A stretch of 64,000 nt of DNA, taken from the NCBI GenBank assembly GCA_963786955.1, contig CAWBAT010000003.1, positions 224,001 through 288,000 on the forward strand, given 5' to 3'. A program made the translations under genes and the position numbers. Source of the DNA: an uncultured Acidimicrobiia bacterium. GTDB taxonomy: Bacteria; Acidobacteriota; Terriglobia; Versatilivoradales; Versatilivoraceae. The notes below the pieces were generated by a model. The model saw only the letters and a program-made list of their open reading frames with translations. It was not told the DNA's origin and did not search any database. Positions 53,173 to 63,546 of this stretch are shown one piece after another; within the stretch, counting starts at the first letter, position 1, and each line of letters begins with the position of its first letter.

Positions 53173-55683
53173 TTGTTGGAAAATCCCTTTAAAATCATAA
53201 AGATAAGTATGAGCATGTCTTCCAATTATCAATCGTCTATGATGAGAAGCTTACGACTGATAAAAATTTCTTCGCTCTTCACAATCCCCATTTTTCTTTT
53301 GGGGTCGCTTTTGGATTTGTCATCCGTATGTTTGGCGCAAAACATCATCGATGTTTTGTCTAAGAACTGCTTTGTTTGTCATGGTCCGAAAGTGAAGCCT
53401 CCAATGAGTGGCTTGACCATGGCCAATTCAGAGACTCTCAAGGCCGGGGGGAAGCGTGGGCCCGCGATTGTAGCGCGGAAGGCTGAAGAGAGCCTGTTGT
53501 ATCAGGCTGTCAGGCGCACGGGTGAGCTCAAGATGCCCCCCAGCGGTCCCTTGCAGGAAAAAGAGATTGAAATTATCAGGGAGTGGATCGATGCCGGCGC
53601 AATTTGGCCCGTTCGAAAAGAAACCGATCATTGGGCATACCGTCCGGTCGTCAAACCGACGGTCCCCACCGTCAAGCATCCAGAACTCGTTTACAATCCT
53701 GTTGATGCCTTCATTGTTTCTGAATATGAAAAGAAGGGATTATTCCCTCAGGATGCGGCCGACAAGCCAACACTCTTGCGACGGGTAGCTTATGATTTGG
53801 TTGGACTGCCTCCCACGTCCCAGGATCTGGATTATTTTCTCTCCGATAATTCGCCGAAAGCTTATGAAAATCTGGTCGACCGCCTTTTGGAAAACGAGCA
53901 GCACGGGGTGAACTATGCGAGTCACTGGCTCGACGTACTTCGTTATGCAGACGTTGACGAACACATGCCGGCTCAATCCGGCATCTATCGGTGGCGAGAG
54001 TGGGTGATTCATTCTCTGAATCGGGATCTTCCGTACGATCAGTTTGTCAAAGCTCAGTTGATGGGTGACTTGATGAACGATTCTACAGCGGTTTTTGGGA
54101 CAGGGTTCTTAGCACGTGGCACTGAAGTCGAAAAGGACGAGAAGAAGAGTCTGGCATTCGCAGTTGTTGAAACAGCCGGTCCTGCCTTTTTAGGAGCCAC
54201 CGTGGGATGTGCCAAATGCCACGATCACATGTTTGATCCCATCCGCCAAGCCGACTATTATGGATTGAAAGCCATTTTTGATCCGCTGGTGATTGAAAAG
54301 CAAGTCCTGGCAGGCCCGCAGGAGCAGGCTCTATACAAGCTGGCGCTTGACCATTATGAAGAGAGGCAGAAGGAATTACAAAAGTCGCTGGATAAATTTC
54401 TGGTTCCCTTCAAGGAAAAATTGCAAGGGGATCGCATCAGCCAACTTCCTGCCGATGCCCAAGAGGCAATCAAAACTCCAGAGGAGAGACGTACCCCGGC
54501 TCAAAAAAAGATCGCTGAAGACTATGCTCCTATCATTCGCATTGACCCTCCCAAGTACCGGGAGATCATGACACCCGAGCAGATTAAGATCTACGAAGGG
54601 TTACGTACCCCACTCCTGGCCCTAGCCAAACCCGCTGACCTGGAGACTTTCTGGACTGTCAGAGAAGACGAAAGTCTCGCCAAAGAGAAAAGTCATATTC
54701 TCGACACAGGAGACCCGGATAAACCTAAGGGCGAAGTCGGGCCCATGTTTCACATCGCAAATGTCGGATTCGAAGCACCGAGGATAGTTTGCGAAGAGAA
54801 ACCTTATACAACGGGTTCAAGGCAGAAATTTGTCGAGTGGGTATTGGATCGCAAGAACCCTCTCTTTGCCCGAGTTGCGGTCAACCGGCTCTGGCAATGG
54901 CATTTCGGAGTCGGGTTGGTTAAGACGCCCAGTGATTTCGGTAGCCTCAGTGAACCACCGACTCATCCGGAATTGCTTGACTGGCTCGCGGTGCAGTTTG
55001 TCGAAAGCGGCTACAGCATGAAGACGATGCACCGCTTGATCGTCACTTCCCGCACTTATCAGTTGTCTTCCAAGACTCTTTCTGCCGACGCTTCAGTCGA
55101 TCCAGACAATCTCTGCCTCTGGCGATTTCCCATCCGCCGCATGACGGCTGAAGAATTGCGCGACTCCATCCTGTTGCTCTCAGGAAAGCTCGACCTCAAA
55201 ATTGGTGGAAAGTCTTTTACCGACCTTCCTGACTATTACTATCCAGGTTCTCGCACGGTCATTGGGAATCTAAATCGGGAGACCAACCGCCGCGGCATTT
55301 ACATGGTCCGGGGGTACGATTCAACCGCGGAGATGATGCCGAATTATCTGCATATTTTTGACGTCGATAACGGCAAGCTTCCCACTCCTGTGCGCACGCG
55401 AAGCATTACGGCGTTGCAGGCTCTGACCCTGATGAATAGCCCTCTGGTCGAACAAGCCAGTCTCGAGTTTGGAAGACGTTTGATTAAGGAAACGAAAGAA
55501 GATTTGGACAAAGCAATTGAGCTTGGATTTATCATGGCACTCTCCAGACCTCCCTCGGAAAAGGAAAAGAAGACCATTTCGAGCCTCGTGAAAGAATGCA
55601 AGGATTGTGAATCCAGTTCTCACGGGATGGAGAAGCTGGGCTGGGTTCTGGTGAATCTGGATGAATTCATTTTCATCCGTTAG
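53173..55683 (+). CDS. PSD1/PSCyt (DUF1549/DUF1553) cytochrome c protein
   Basis: [52 protein letters not shown] and NLDEFIFIR motifs. Confidence 0.9.
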   Translation: MLENPFKIIKISMSMSSNYQSSMMRSLRLIKISSLFTIPIFLLGSLLDLSSVCLAQNIIDVLSKNCFVCHGPKVKPPMSGLTMANSETLKAGGKRGPAIVARKAEESLLYQAVRRTGELKMPPSGPLQEKEIEIIREWIDAGAIWPVRKETDHWAYRPVVKPTVPTVKHPELVYNPVDAFIVSEYEKKGLFPQDAADKPTLLRRVAYDLVGLPPTSQDLDYFLSDNSPKAYENLVDRLLENEQHGVNYASHWLDVLRYADVDEHMPAQSGIYRWREWVIHSLNRDLPYDQFVKAQLMGDLMNDSTAVFGTGFLARGTEVEKDEKKSLAFAVVETAGPAFLGATVGCAKCHDHMFDPIRQADYYGLKAIFDPLVIEKQVLAGPQEQALYKLALDHYEERQKELQKSLDKFLVPFKEKLQGDRISQLPADAQEAIKTPEERRTPAQKKIAEDYAPIIRIDPPKYREIMTPEQIKIYEGLRTPLLALAKPADLETFWTVREDESLAKEKSHILDTGDPDKPKGEVGPMFHIANVGFEAPRIVCEEKPYTTGSRQKFVEWVLDRKNPLFARVAVNRLWQWHFGVGLVKTPSDFGSLSEPPTHPELLDWLAVQFVESGYSMKTMHRLIVTSRTYQLSSKTLSADASVDPDNLCLWRFPIRRMTAEELRDSILLLSGKLDLKIGGKSFTDLPDYYYPGSRTVIGNLNRETNRRGIYMVRGYDSTAEMMPNYLHIFDVDNGKLPTPVRTRSITALQALTLMNSPLVEQASLEFGRRLIKETKEDLDKAIELGFIMALSRPPSEKEKKTISSLVKECKDCESSSHGMEKLGWVLVNLDEFIFIR

Positions 55684-55728
55684 GAAACGCTTACGGGTTG
55701 TTCCCGTTGAAGCGGAGGGCGAGGCAAA

Positions 55729-57162
55729 ATGCAGGATTTGTTTGAGAAGAAGAATTTTCCATTCAGGCCGCTGACGAGACGACATTTTTTTGAATCCTCA
55801 GGAGGGTTTCTGGGAGCTGCAATAGGCTATCTCTGGGCCAGTGAAGGGCTGATTGCCGCCCGTTTGCCGGATGCTAAGAACAACCCCGAATTGGAGCGGA
55901 TTGCTCCCCGCTTGCCCGTGCGGATTAATTCAGTCATTTTTTTATTTATGTGTGGCGGCGTCAGCCACATCGATACGTTTGATCCCAAGGACAATAAGTT
56001 CGCGGGGAAGATGGTCGAAGCGGTCGGATTTGGGGACAACCAGGCCAAAATGCAGCGCCCCGTCATCCCTATTTTGCGAAATTATACGCGGTATGGCCAA
56101 TCGGGGATTGCCGTCTCAGACTGGTTTCCGAACGTCGGAAGTTGTGTGGACGATATTGCTTTGATTCGTTCCATGTATACCCAAGAAGTGAATCATTTCC
56201 CGGCGGTCATTGAGATGGTGACTGGACATCGTGGCCGGCAATTCAATCACCCGAGTATCGGCTCCTGGATCTACTATGCCTTAGGAACGGCTAATAAGAA
56301 CTTGCCGGTATTTATCAATATGGGCCGGCCTTCCTCGCCTGTCCAACTGACAGGGGGATATTTGGGAACGGTCTATGCGGCGACTCCGTTCGGGACAGGA
56401 GAGGTCCCGGTTGAAAATTTGAAATCTCCCGCAAGTGTTTCCGCATCCCAGCGCGAGAAGGACTTGTCGGTGCTTTCCATGATGAACGAAGAATTTCGCG
56501 AGCAGTACGCGACAGATATGGAAATTGCAGCCCGTCTGAAAAGTTATGAGCTGGCGGCCCGCATGCAGTTGTCTGTGCCCGAATTGACAGAGTTCGAGAG
56601 GGAACCGGATCAGGTGAAGGCTCTGTATGGGATCGGGGAGAAAGAAACGGATTCTTTCGGACGCCAATTACTGCTCGCTCGAAGGTTGTCGGAAAAGGGG
56701 GTTCGCTTCATTCAGATCTGCCATGGCGGAGGAGGAAATGGAGCCTGGGACTCCCACGGGGATATGAAATCCCATGGGCCGCTTTGCCGCGAGACCGACA
56801 AACCCATCGCCGGGCTGATTAAAGACTTAAAGCAAAGAGGAATGCTCAACAATACACTGGTGGTCTGGGCAACGGAATTTGGACGAACGCCCTGGTCGCA
56901 AAATACAACAGGAAGGGACCATAATCCTCGAGGATTTACCTGCTGGATGGCTGGAGGTGGCGTGAAGGGTGGGACAGTCGTCGGCAGTACCGATGAGGTA
57001 GGCTTTAATGCCGTGGAGGATCGCGTTTATGTCAGCGATCTAAATGCGACCATTCTTTATTTAATGGGCCTCAATCACGAAGACTTGAACACGGTCGTCA
57101 ATAATCGTCCAGTGCGGCTGGTCGAGCCGGGCTTCGGACCTGTCAAAAAAATTCTCTCCTGA
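55729..57162 (+). CDS. DUF1501 domain protein (Tat signal)
   Basis: TRRHFF, VIFLFMCGGVSHIDTFDPK, WDSH, EFGRTP and GRDHN motifs. Confidence 0.9.
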   Translation: MQDLFEKKNFPFRPLTRRHFFESSGGFLGAAIGYLWASEGLIAARLPDAKNNPELERIAPRLPVRINSVIFLFMCGGVSHIDTFDPKDNKFAGKMVEAVGFGDNQAKMQRPVIPILRNYTRYGQSGIAVSDWFPNVGSCVDDIALIRSMYTQEVNHFPAVIEMVTGHRGRQFNHPSIGSWIYYALGTANKNLPVFINMGRPSSPVQLTGGYLGTVYAATPFGTGEVPVENLKSPASVSASQREKDLSVLSMMNEEFREQYATDMEIAARLKSYELAARMQLSVPELTEFEREPDQVKALYGIGEKETDSFGRQLLLARRLSEKGVRFIQICHGGGGNGAWDSHGDMKSHGPLCRETDKPIAGLIKDLKQRGMLNNTLVVWATEFGRTPWSQNTTGRDHNPRGFTCWMAGGGVKGGTVVGSTDEVGFNAVEDRVYVSDLNATILYLMGLNHEDLNTVVNNRPVRLVEPGFGPVKKILS

Positions 57163-57168
57163 TGGTTG

Positions 57169-58262
57169 GGCCGCTCCTAACGGAGCTTATTGCATTTAGA
57201 TAAAGATTTTCTATAAACCGATCGCTCCTGACGGAGCTCAAAACATTTTTCATCTGATCGATTTCCGATGCATCTAGAATTTACCCTTTGGCTCTGGCGA
57301 TTCGAAATGGCTCCGGAGGAGCGATCTGTCTATAGAACTCCATCCTAAATAATAATATCAAGCTCCGTTAGGAGCGGCCTGTGTCGTCACGCTCTTCCGG
57401 TGATCGGATGACGTATCGGTCATCATATTCGATATGAAATTTCCTTAGCAGCTGCAAATATTCATCGCGGAAATTCATTTTCGCGTGGTGTGTTTCTTGG
57501 TTTTGTATGTATCGAACGACCCGACCCACATGAGAATGTGAATAAGAAAAAGCCGCAAAGCCTTCCTGCCAATTAAATCTTCCACGAAACCATTTCTTTT
57601 CGTTGATGAATTTTGCCGAAATCGCCTTGATATCACGCACAAGATCAGAAAGGGCCACATCTGGGTTCAATCCGACTAGTAGATGGATATGATCCGGCAT
57701 ACTATTAATGGCAATTAATTTTTGACCGCGCTGATGAATGATGCCGGTGATATATTTGTGAACATTTTCCTTGAAGTGTTTCTTCAAAAGGCATTCTCTG
57801 GCTTGAACGGCAAAAATGACGTGCACGTAGATTTGGCTGTAGGTATTGCCATATTTACCTCTACGGGTCGCTCCTAACGGAGATTGGTATCGTCTCGGAT
57901 GCCAAGTTCTAAAAACCGGCCGCCCCTAGCGGGGCTTCACCTCCTACTTTGATACCAGGCTACAAAGAGGTCGCTCCTAGCGGAGCTTATAGTGTTCGGC
58001 AAGAAGTTTTTCTATAAACCGATCGCTCCTGACGGAGCTCTGTTTTCCAACAGACATCAGGTTCTATAAACAGGTCGCCGCTCTGCGGCTTTTTCGTTCG
58101 TATTATATCAACCAGCTTCATTCTTTCAATAGGCCATTGGCTCCGTCAGGAGCCTCCGGCTTATAGCAAACAGCGCCATCAGTACCGAAAGCTCCGGAGG
58201 AGCGATCTGTCTATAGAAATCACCACGCCAATTTGCACCAAGCTCCACTAGGAGCGGCCGGT
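57169..58262. repeat. Array of ~12 REP-like hairpins (CTATAAAC.G.TCGCTCCT..CGGAGCT) on both sides of the IS200-like gene
   Basis: Forward copies ~57170, 57211, 57866, 57909, 57960, 58012, 58065; reverse copies ~57310, 57361, 58140, 58190, 58242. Confidence 0.85.
57368..57852 (-). CDS. tnpA: IS200/IS605-family Y1 (HUH) transposase TnpA, stand-alone; 1-nt deletion after the ATG
   Basis: MA(N)TYSQIYVHVIFAV, HUH motif MPDHIHLLV, FNWQEGFAAFSYS, YIQNQETHH. Confidence 0.88.
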
Positions 58263-58277
58263 AGTTTAAAGACCGCA

Positions 58278-59392
58278 TCAATATCCTCTCGTTTTGTCCA
58301 CGACATTCAAGAGTGGCAAGCCATTGGAATAACGGCGCACATTTTCGGCGAGCAGGGCCACGAGTCGTACTTGACGGATCGGAGCGGCTCCTGAATTGTG
58401 CGGCGTGATCACGAGGTTGGGGCAATCCCACAAGGGATGATCAGAGGGGAGTGGTTCTGGTGTTGTTACATCCAGCCCGGCGCCTGCAATGCGATGAGAT
58501 TTCAAAGCGTCTACCAACGCATCCTGATCGACAAGTCCGCCTCGAGAGACGTTGATGAAATAGGCGGTAGGTTTCATCTTGTTAAACACAGCCGCATTAA
58601 ACATCTTGGCGGTTTCTGGGTCATCGGAGCGCAGCTGACCAACACATCGACCTGCGGTACCATCTCCATCAACCAGCCAGGCTCCCGTAGCTCCTCAACA
58701 AATGCCGGCTTGGGTAGCGGCTTCGGATCGACTGCCAGAATCTTCATTTCGAATCCATAGTGGGCGCGCCTGGCGGTCTCTGTTCCAATCCCGCCTAATC
58801 CTACAATTCCCATAGTTTTCTGGTAGAGATCAACCAAAGGCACATTGCGACTGGATGCCCAACGGTGGGCCTTAAAGTTAGGGATGCTGTCTTGAGCCAG
58901 CCCTCGAGTCAAACTCAGGGTTAAACCTAGAGCAGTCTCCGCAATCACAGGAGCATAGACGCGTTGCATATTGGTCAGAATCGACGAATGGTCCATCACC
59001 TGCTGGGGCAGTTCATCGACGCCAGCAGCCGTAAACTGAACCCATTTCAGGTTCCGGGCGGCCGCAACGGCTTCAGCCTCAAGGCGGCCAAGCACCGCAT
59101 CAGCATCGACAATCTGCTCGATTATCGATGCCTGATCCCGGGCAAAGACCAGGTCAACATTCTTCCCGGAGGAGCGCAACTTCTCTTCATCGGAATGGGA
59201 GAGAGTGGGATGTGTGCACAAAATTTTGATTCGGCCCGCTGGAGGCTTGGGCACGACCAATGGATAGTTGGAAACCACGACGGGATCGATCGAAGCCATA
59301 GCGGTTCCTGAACCAGCCAGCACTGCTGCAGTTCCCCCACTGGCGGCTAAACCTGTTAAGAAACTTCTTCTGGAGAAAGTTGAATGGGTCAT
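58278..59392 (-). CDS. D-2-hydroxyacid dehydrogenase with Tat signal; frameshift ~58600
   Basis: SRRSFL; GIVGLGGIG, FINVSRG, GAGLDV..PEPL and ITPH motifs. Confidence 0.88.
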
Positions 59393-59462
59393 GGTTCATA
59401 CTCCTTTTATCGAATTCTCCCTCTCCCTTGGGGATAGGGTGTCGCGAAGCGACAGGGAAGTT

Positions 59463-59787
59463 GTAGCGCAGACTCGAATCGTGAGTCTGCGGCTTCTATG
59501 GGTTTGGAAAAAATGCGTAGCGCCGAGTCGTTTTCAGACTCTGCGACCTTTAGCCCGAATTCCGAAGGTCCGTGAGCGGCGCCAAAATCCGCAAACTATC
59601 GGTATATTTTTCTCCCTTATCCGTGTCTGGCAAGCCACAGGTAAAACAGCACGTTGATATAGATCGTGCCCGCCCAACTTCGGAATTCGGGTTTAGAATT
59701 GCCGCAGACTCTAACAGCAAGTCTGCACCTTCTATGGATTTGAAAAAGCAGAAAAGCCGCAGACCTGAACTTCAGGTCTGCGCTACC
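59463..59787. repeat. Inverted GTAG-type REP pair with internal degenerate copies
   Basis: GTAGCGCAGACTC..GAGTCTGCGGCTT and AAGCCGCAGACCTGAA.TTCAGGTCTGCGCTAC. Confidence 0.7.
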
Positions 59788-59803
59788 TCTATGAAAGATC
59801 AAT

Positions 59804-61147
59804 TCAGTTCCGGGGTTTCATGCTAAGCAGAGTTTGTGGACTCTCGTAAAGGATGGCCCGGGCAATGTTCAAAGCGTCTTCCCGAGAGTATTGTCTCTGT
59901 TCGACTCGGCGTGCCAGCACTTGGGCCATGATTCTGCGGACCATAACAACCTTGGCGTAAGTCCACTCCACAGCATAAGCGTCAGAGAAGAACCCGACTT
60001 GTTTATTCAGGGGGAGCATGTCTAACCGTTCTGACATGACGTGTCGAATCGCGTCCGGAAAGAAGTTGTGCCACCAATAGCCGGCTAAACTGAAGTTGGG
60101 TAATTCCCGGGCCAGCGTGCACATGGACTGATTTGCGGCCACATTGGCGAGAAAACATTGAAAACGAAGTTTCGGATGTCGGCCGATGATGGTGGCGATT
60201 TGGGCAATGGATTCCTGCGACACCCGGCTGGCCGTCTCAAAGGGGAGCGGTTCAGCGGCGAAACTGAATTGGAGAACGATCTCGTGGCCATGCTTCTCCA
60301 GTTCGGTTAAAAAGGCGTGATTCACGTACGAAGCGTAAATGTCACGCTGGACGGGTCCCGCTTCGCGACGACGAGATAGTGCGTTGGCAAACTCACTATC
60401 GCTCACTTCTTGAAAGCGGATGTCCGTCGAGATATGGGTTGCCGTCGCGACCACTTTCTCATAAGGGATGCTGCTCACATAGTAATGGACGGCTTCGCGC
60501 AAATCATCCACGGTGTGAATCGTATGTTTCGTCGGAGCTCGGCCGCCGGCTCCAATGGGAGAAGGCGAGCTCAGAGGAGAATTTCCCCAGCACGACTCGA
60601 GTTCATAGAGTGCCGTATCAAATTCTTTCCACTGGCAGCGAGTGAAAAAGCCCCACTCTAAGGCATATTGGAAGCGTTCATCGTCTTCGCCGTTTCCGCG
60701 GCGGGCAATTTCCGTCCCGGTGCGCTTGATGTTGAGCCGATCCAGGATGGAATGGTGCCAGCTCCGGTCGTCTGCCCGCTCTCGAATCTTGGCATCCAGC
60801 CGCCGCCAATTGTCCTCGGTAATGGGCTCTGTCCAGTTGTAGAGATCTTTCAGAAGGATCCGAATCCCCCAGGAAGTGCTGGTATTCTGGACTTTGGCAA
60901 GATAGGGGAGGGCTTCTTGGATCCGAGCGTGGGCTTCCTCATCAGACGGAAACTTGGGATATTCAGTCAATCGTTTGCCGGTCGGGCATCCCGCTCCATA
61001 AAGGTCTGAAACCGCCATATGATAGAGCAGCACATCATGAAGTCCGCGGGCTCCCAGCTTGCCGCCGATCAAATGAGTATGGATGTCAAGGATGGGAACT
61101 TCCGCCAGGGCTTGCTCTAACTCTAAAGTCAGATCACTGAGATTCAT
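59804..61147 (-). CDS. Amidohydrolase-superfamily protein, uronate-isomerase (UxaC)-like
   Basis: ILDIHTH metal motif, LARELPN, GYWWHNF, ERLDMLP and GFFSDAY motifs. Confidence 0.7.
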   Translation of the reverse strand: MNLSDLTLELEQALAEVPILDIHTHLIGGKLGARGLHDVLLYHMAVSDLYGAGCPTGKRLTEYPKFPSDEEAHARIQEALPYLAKVQNTSTSWGIRILLKDLYNWTEPITEDNWRRLDAKIRERADDRSWHHSILDRLNIKRTGTEIARRGNGEDDERFQYALEWGFFTRCQWKEFDTALYELESCWGNSPLSSPSPIGAGGRAPTKHTIHTVDDLREAVHYYVSSIPYEKVVATATHISTDIRFQEVSDSEFANALSRRREAGPVQRDIYASYVNHAFLTELEKHGHEIVLQFSFAAEPLPFETASRVSQESIAQIATIIGRHPKLRFQCFLANVAANQSMCTLARELPNFSLAGYWWHNFFPDAIRHVMSERLDMLPLNKQVGFFSDAYAVEWTYAKVVMVRRIMAQVLARRVEQRQYSREDALNIARAILYESPQTLLSMKPRN

Positions 61148-62078
61148 GAGAACATTCTCCTTTTAAGAAGGCTTGTACGGTAGCTAAATTGGGAATCCCT
61201 TCCTGTCCGCCAGCTCGAACCGCCTTCAGGGCGGCGGCCGCTGAAGCCGCTCTCACTCTCTCGGACAGGCTCATGCCAAGCACCAGACCCGCGGCATAGG
61301 CCCCATGAAAGACATCGCCGCAGCCGGTGGTATCCACAACCTTCACCGGAAAGGCAGGATGATGAATTGGGGATTCGGGCCGGCTATCGCTGACATACCA
61401 GCAGCCGTCGGCTCCACAGGTCGTCACGACAACCTTTCGTTTAGGGGTCCAGAGCCTCAGAGCGGCCTCCGCAGGGTCTTTCTTACCTGTAAAAGCTGTT
61501 GCAAAGCCGCGCGAGACAATCAAATGATCCACCTGGCCGAGGAGTTCCTCAAAATAAGGGGAGTCACTGCCTTCAAAGTCCGCGACGATAGGGATCCCGG
61601 CTTCCCGGGCGATTCGCGCCGCTCGCAACATGCCCTTCGGGCTCAGATAATCTACGAAAAGCGCTCGAGCACTGCGGATCACATCAGCCTCGGGCAATAC
61701 ATCATCGGCGCCGACATAACCGTGCAGGTCGAAAAAAATATTTCTGGTTTTCTCCCCCTCATCGACAATGATCGTGGCAGAGATGGGGCGCGCTTCGTCG
61801 CGGCGAACGAGATGAGAAAAGTTGATTCCTTCCTGACTCAGGCGTTCGATGGCAAACTTTGAGAGTTCGTCGCTTCCTAAGACGCCGGCATAGGAGCAAT
61901 GGCATCCCAGCCGAGCGGCCGCCACCAGTGCTGTTGCCGTAAGCCCTCCACAATGGCGTTCCCGCCGGGAAACCGGTATTTTGGCATCAGCGGGTGGATA
62001 AGCTGGAACAAAGATGAGGTCATCGACGGCGACGACACCCAGGCCCAATAGGTCGATTTTTGGGGTTTCCGCTGTCAT
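61134..62078 (-). CDS. PfkB-family carbohydrate kinase
   Basis: GGLTATALVAAARLG, GSDELS and VVDTTGCGDVFHGAY motifs; ATG 62078 overlaps the rpe stop. Confidence 0.9.
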   Translation of the reverse strand: MTAETPKIDLLGLGVVAVDDLIFVPAYPPADAKIPVSRRERHCGGLTATALVAAARLGCHCSYAGVLGSDELSKFAIERLSQEGINFSHLVRRDEARPISATIIVDEGEKTRNIFFDLHGYVGADDVLPEADVIRSARALFVDYLSPKGMLRAARIAREAGIPIVADFEGSDSPYFEELLGQVDHLIVSRGFATAFTGKKDPAEAALRLWTPKRKVVVTTCGADGCWYVSDSRPESPIHHPAFPVKVVDTTGCGDVFHGAYAAGLVLGMSLSERVRAASAAAALKAVRAGGQEGIPNLATVQAFLKGECSHESQ

Positions 62079-62716
62079 AACGAAGCCAGCCACCGCCGCA
62101 TGCTCTTGGGATCTTCTCCAAACATGAGTGAGCCGGGGACGATGAAATCCGAACCGGCGGCATGGAGAAGTGGGACAGTATGCCGGCGAATCCCGCCGTC
62201 GGTCTCGATTTCTGTACGGAGTTTTCGCTCCTGGATAAGCCGTCGTGCCTGGCGAATTTTTTCTGGAACCCCAGGGTCCATCGAGGCTCCTTTGATTCCC
62301 ATGGCTGTGCCGACAATCGTCACAATGTCCAGTAGGTTCCAATAGGGTTCGAGGACTTCGATGGGCTCTTGGATCAGCAAGGAGACGCCGGCATATTTCC
62401 CGGCAGATTTAATGGCTTGGAGCACGGCCCGTGGATCCTTGGCTGCATCAAAACAGAAAATGATGCCGTCGGCCCCCGCTTCAACAAAAGGTTCGATCCA
62501 TGCCATCGGGTCGGTGACCATCAGATGGACCTCAAATGGCAACCGGGTGTGTTTTCGCAGAGTCTTGACTAAGTCCGGGAAGAACAACAGATTCTTGACG
62601 TAATGGCCGTCTGCGACATCCAGGTGAAACCTTTCTGAGTAAGGTTCTACCCGCTTCATTTCAGATTCAAGATTAGCCAAATCGGCTGACCAGAGAGAAG
62701 TACTGCATTTCAGCAT
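62075..62716 (-). CDS. Ribulose-phosphate 3-epimerase family protein
   Basis: SLWSADLANL, FHLDVADGHYV, EVHLMV, ETDGGI and VPGS motifs. Confidence 0.88.
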   Translation of the reverse strand: MLKCSTSLWSADLANLESEMKRVEPYSERFHLDVADGHYVKNLLFFPDLVKTLRKHTRLPFEVHLMVTDPMAWIEPFVEAGADGIIFCFDAAKDPRAVLQAIKSAGKYAGVSLLIQEPIEVLEPYWNLLDIVTIVGTAMGIKGASMDPGVPEKIRQARRLIQERKLRTEIETDGGIRRHTVPLLHAAGSDFIVPGSLMFGEDPKSMRRWLASL

Positions 62717-63546
62717 GATGGGTTCCTTGGAGATGAGTTCTTTGAAAAATGTTTAAGCAAAAATTCTTCGAGGAATCGCTGGACATCTTCCCCGTGACGA
62801 TCTAAATCAACAGACTTTGGTGTCAGCTCCCGAAATTCGGCACCCGGGATGATCTGAGCCAGGACTTCTCCATATTCATAAGGATGAATCGGGTCTTGAC
62901 GGTTTGCCAATACTAGAGTCGGCACCTGAATGGATCTCCATTCCTCCCGATTGAAATTGGGGGCATCGACGGGTATCTGCTCGAGTTTGCCCACGGTTTC
63001 CAAGGCTCGCGGGTGAGTGAAGTGACGTTCCAACGCATTGGCCGAATCGGTGGATTGCCGCTTCATTTCAAGATAGTCTTTCGACTTTTCAAAAATCTCG
63101 AATCCCCTTTCGGGCCCTTCTTTTCGGATCAAGCGTGCAATCTCCCCGAAGACTCTGGCATTCTGCTCCATGGGACCGTCGAGCCACGCCGCGCGCGATT
63201 GAACTAGACCCAAGGCTCGTTCCGGATATCGGAGCGTGAAGTTCAAAGTAATGGCTGCTCCCATTGATATCCCACCCACCACGGCTTGCTTTAATTTCAG
63301 CTGATCCATGAAGGTGCCCAGGTCGTCAGCAAACGAAGAGATTCGAATCTTTGCCGGGTCTCCGAGCGGGTGGGTCTGCCCATGGCCACGACAGTCAAAT
63401 GCAAGCAGGCGAAAATCTGGCGGTGGGGAAAAAAGGCCGAAAGGCTGGGAAACATCACCTCCTAGACCGTGCTGAAAGATAAATGGAGTCCCCTCTCCTT
63501 TATCTTGATAATGAAACTCTAATCCGTCATGTTTGAAGTAGGGCAT
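62710..63546 (-). CDS. Alpha/beta hydrolase
   Basis: FQHGLGG, DCRGHGQT, nucleophile GISMG and DPIHP motifs; ATG 63546. Confidence 0.85.
   Translation of the reverse strand: MPYFKHDGLEFHYQDKGEGTPFIFQHGLGGDVSQPFGLFSPPPDFRLLAFDCRGHGQTHPLGDPAKIRISSFADDLGTFMDQLKLKQAVVGGISMGAAITLNFTLRYPERALGLVQSRAAWLDGPMEQNARVFGEIARLIRKEGPERGFEIFEKSKDYLEMKRQSTDSANALERHFTHPRALETVGKLEQIPVDAPNFNREEWRSIQVPTLVLANRQDPIHPYEYGEVLAQIIPGAEFRELTPKSVDLDRHGEDVQRFLEEFLLKHFSKNSSPRNPSC

Noticed and set aside
57866-58092. CRISPR array (regular repeat-spacer period)
   Set aside because: Repeats are degenerate, occur in both orientations, have short spacers, flank a TnpA gene and recur elsewhere as REPs; no cas genes in the window
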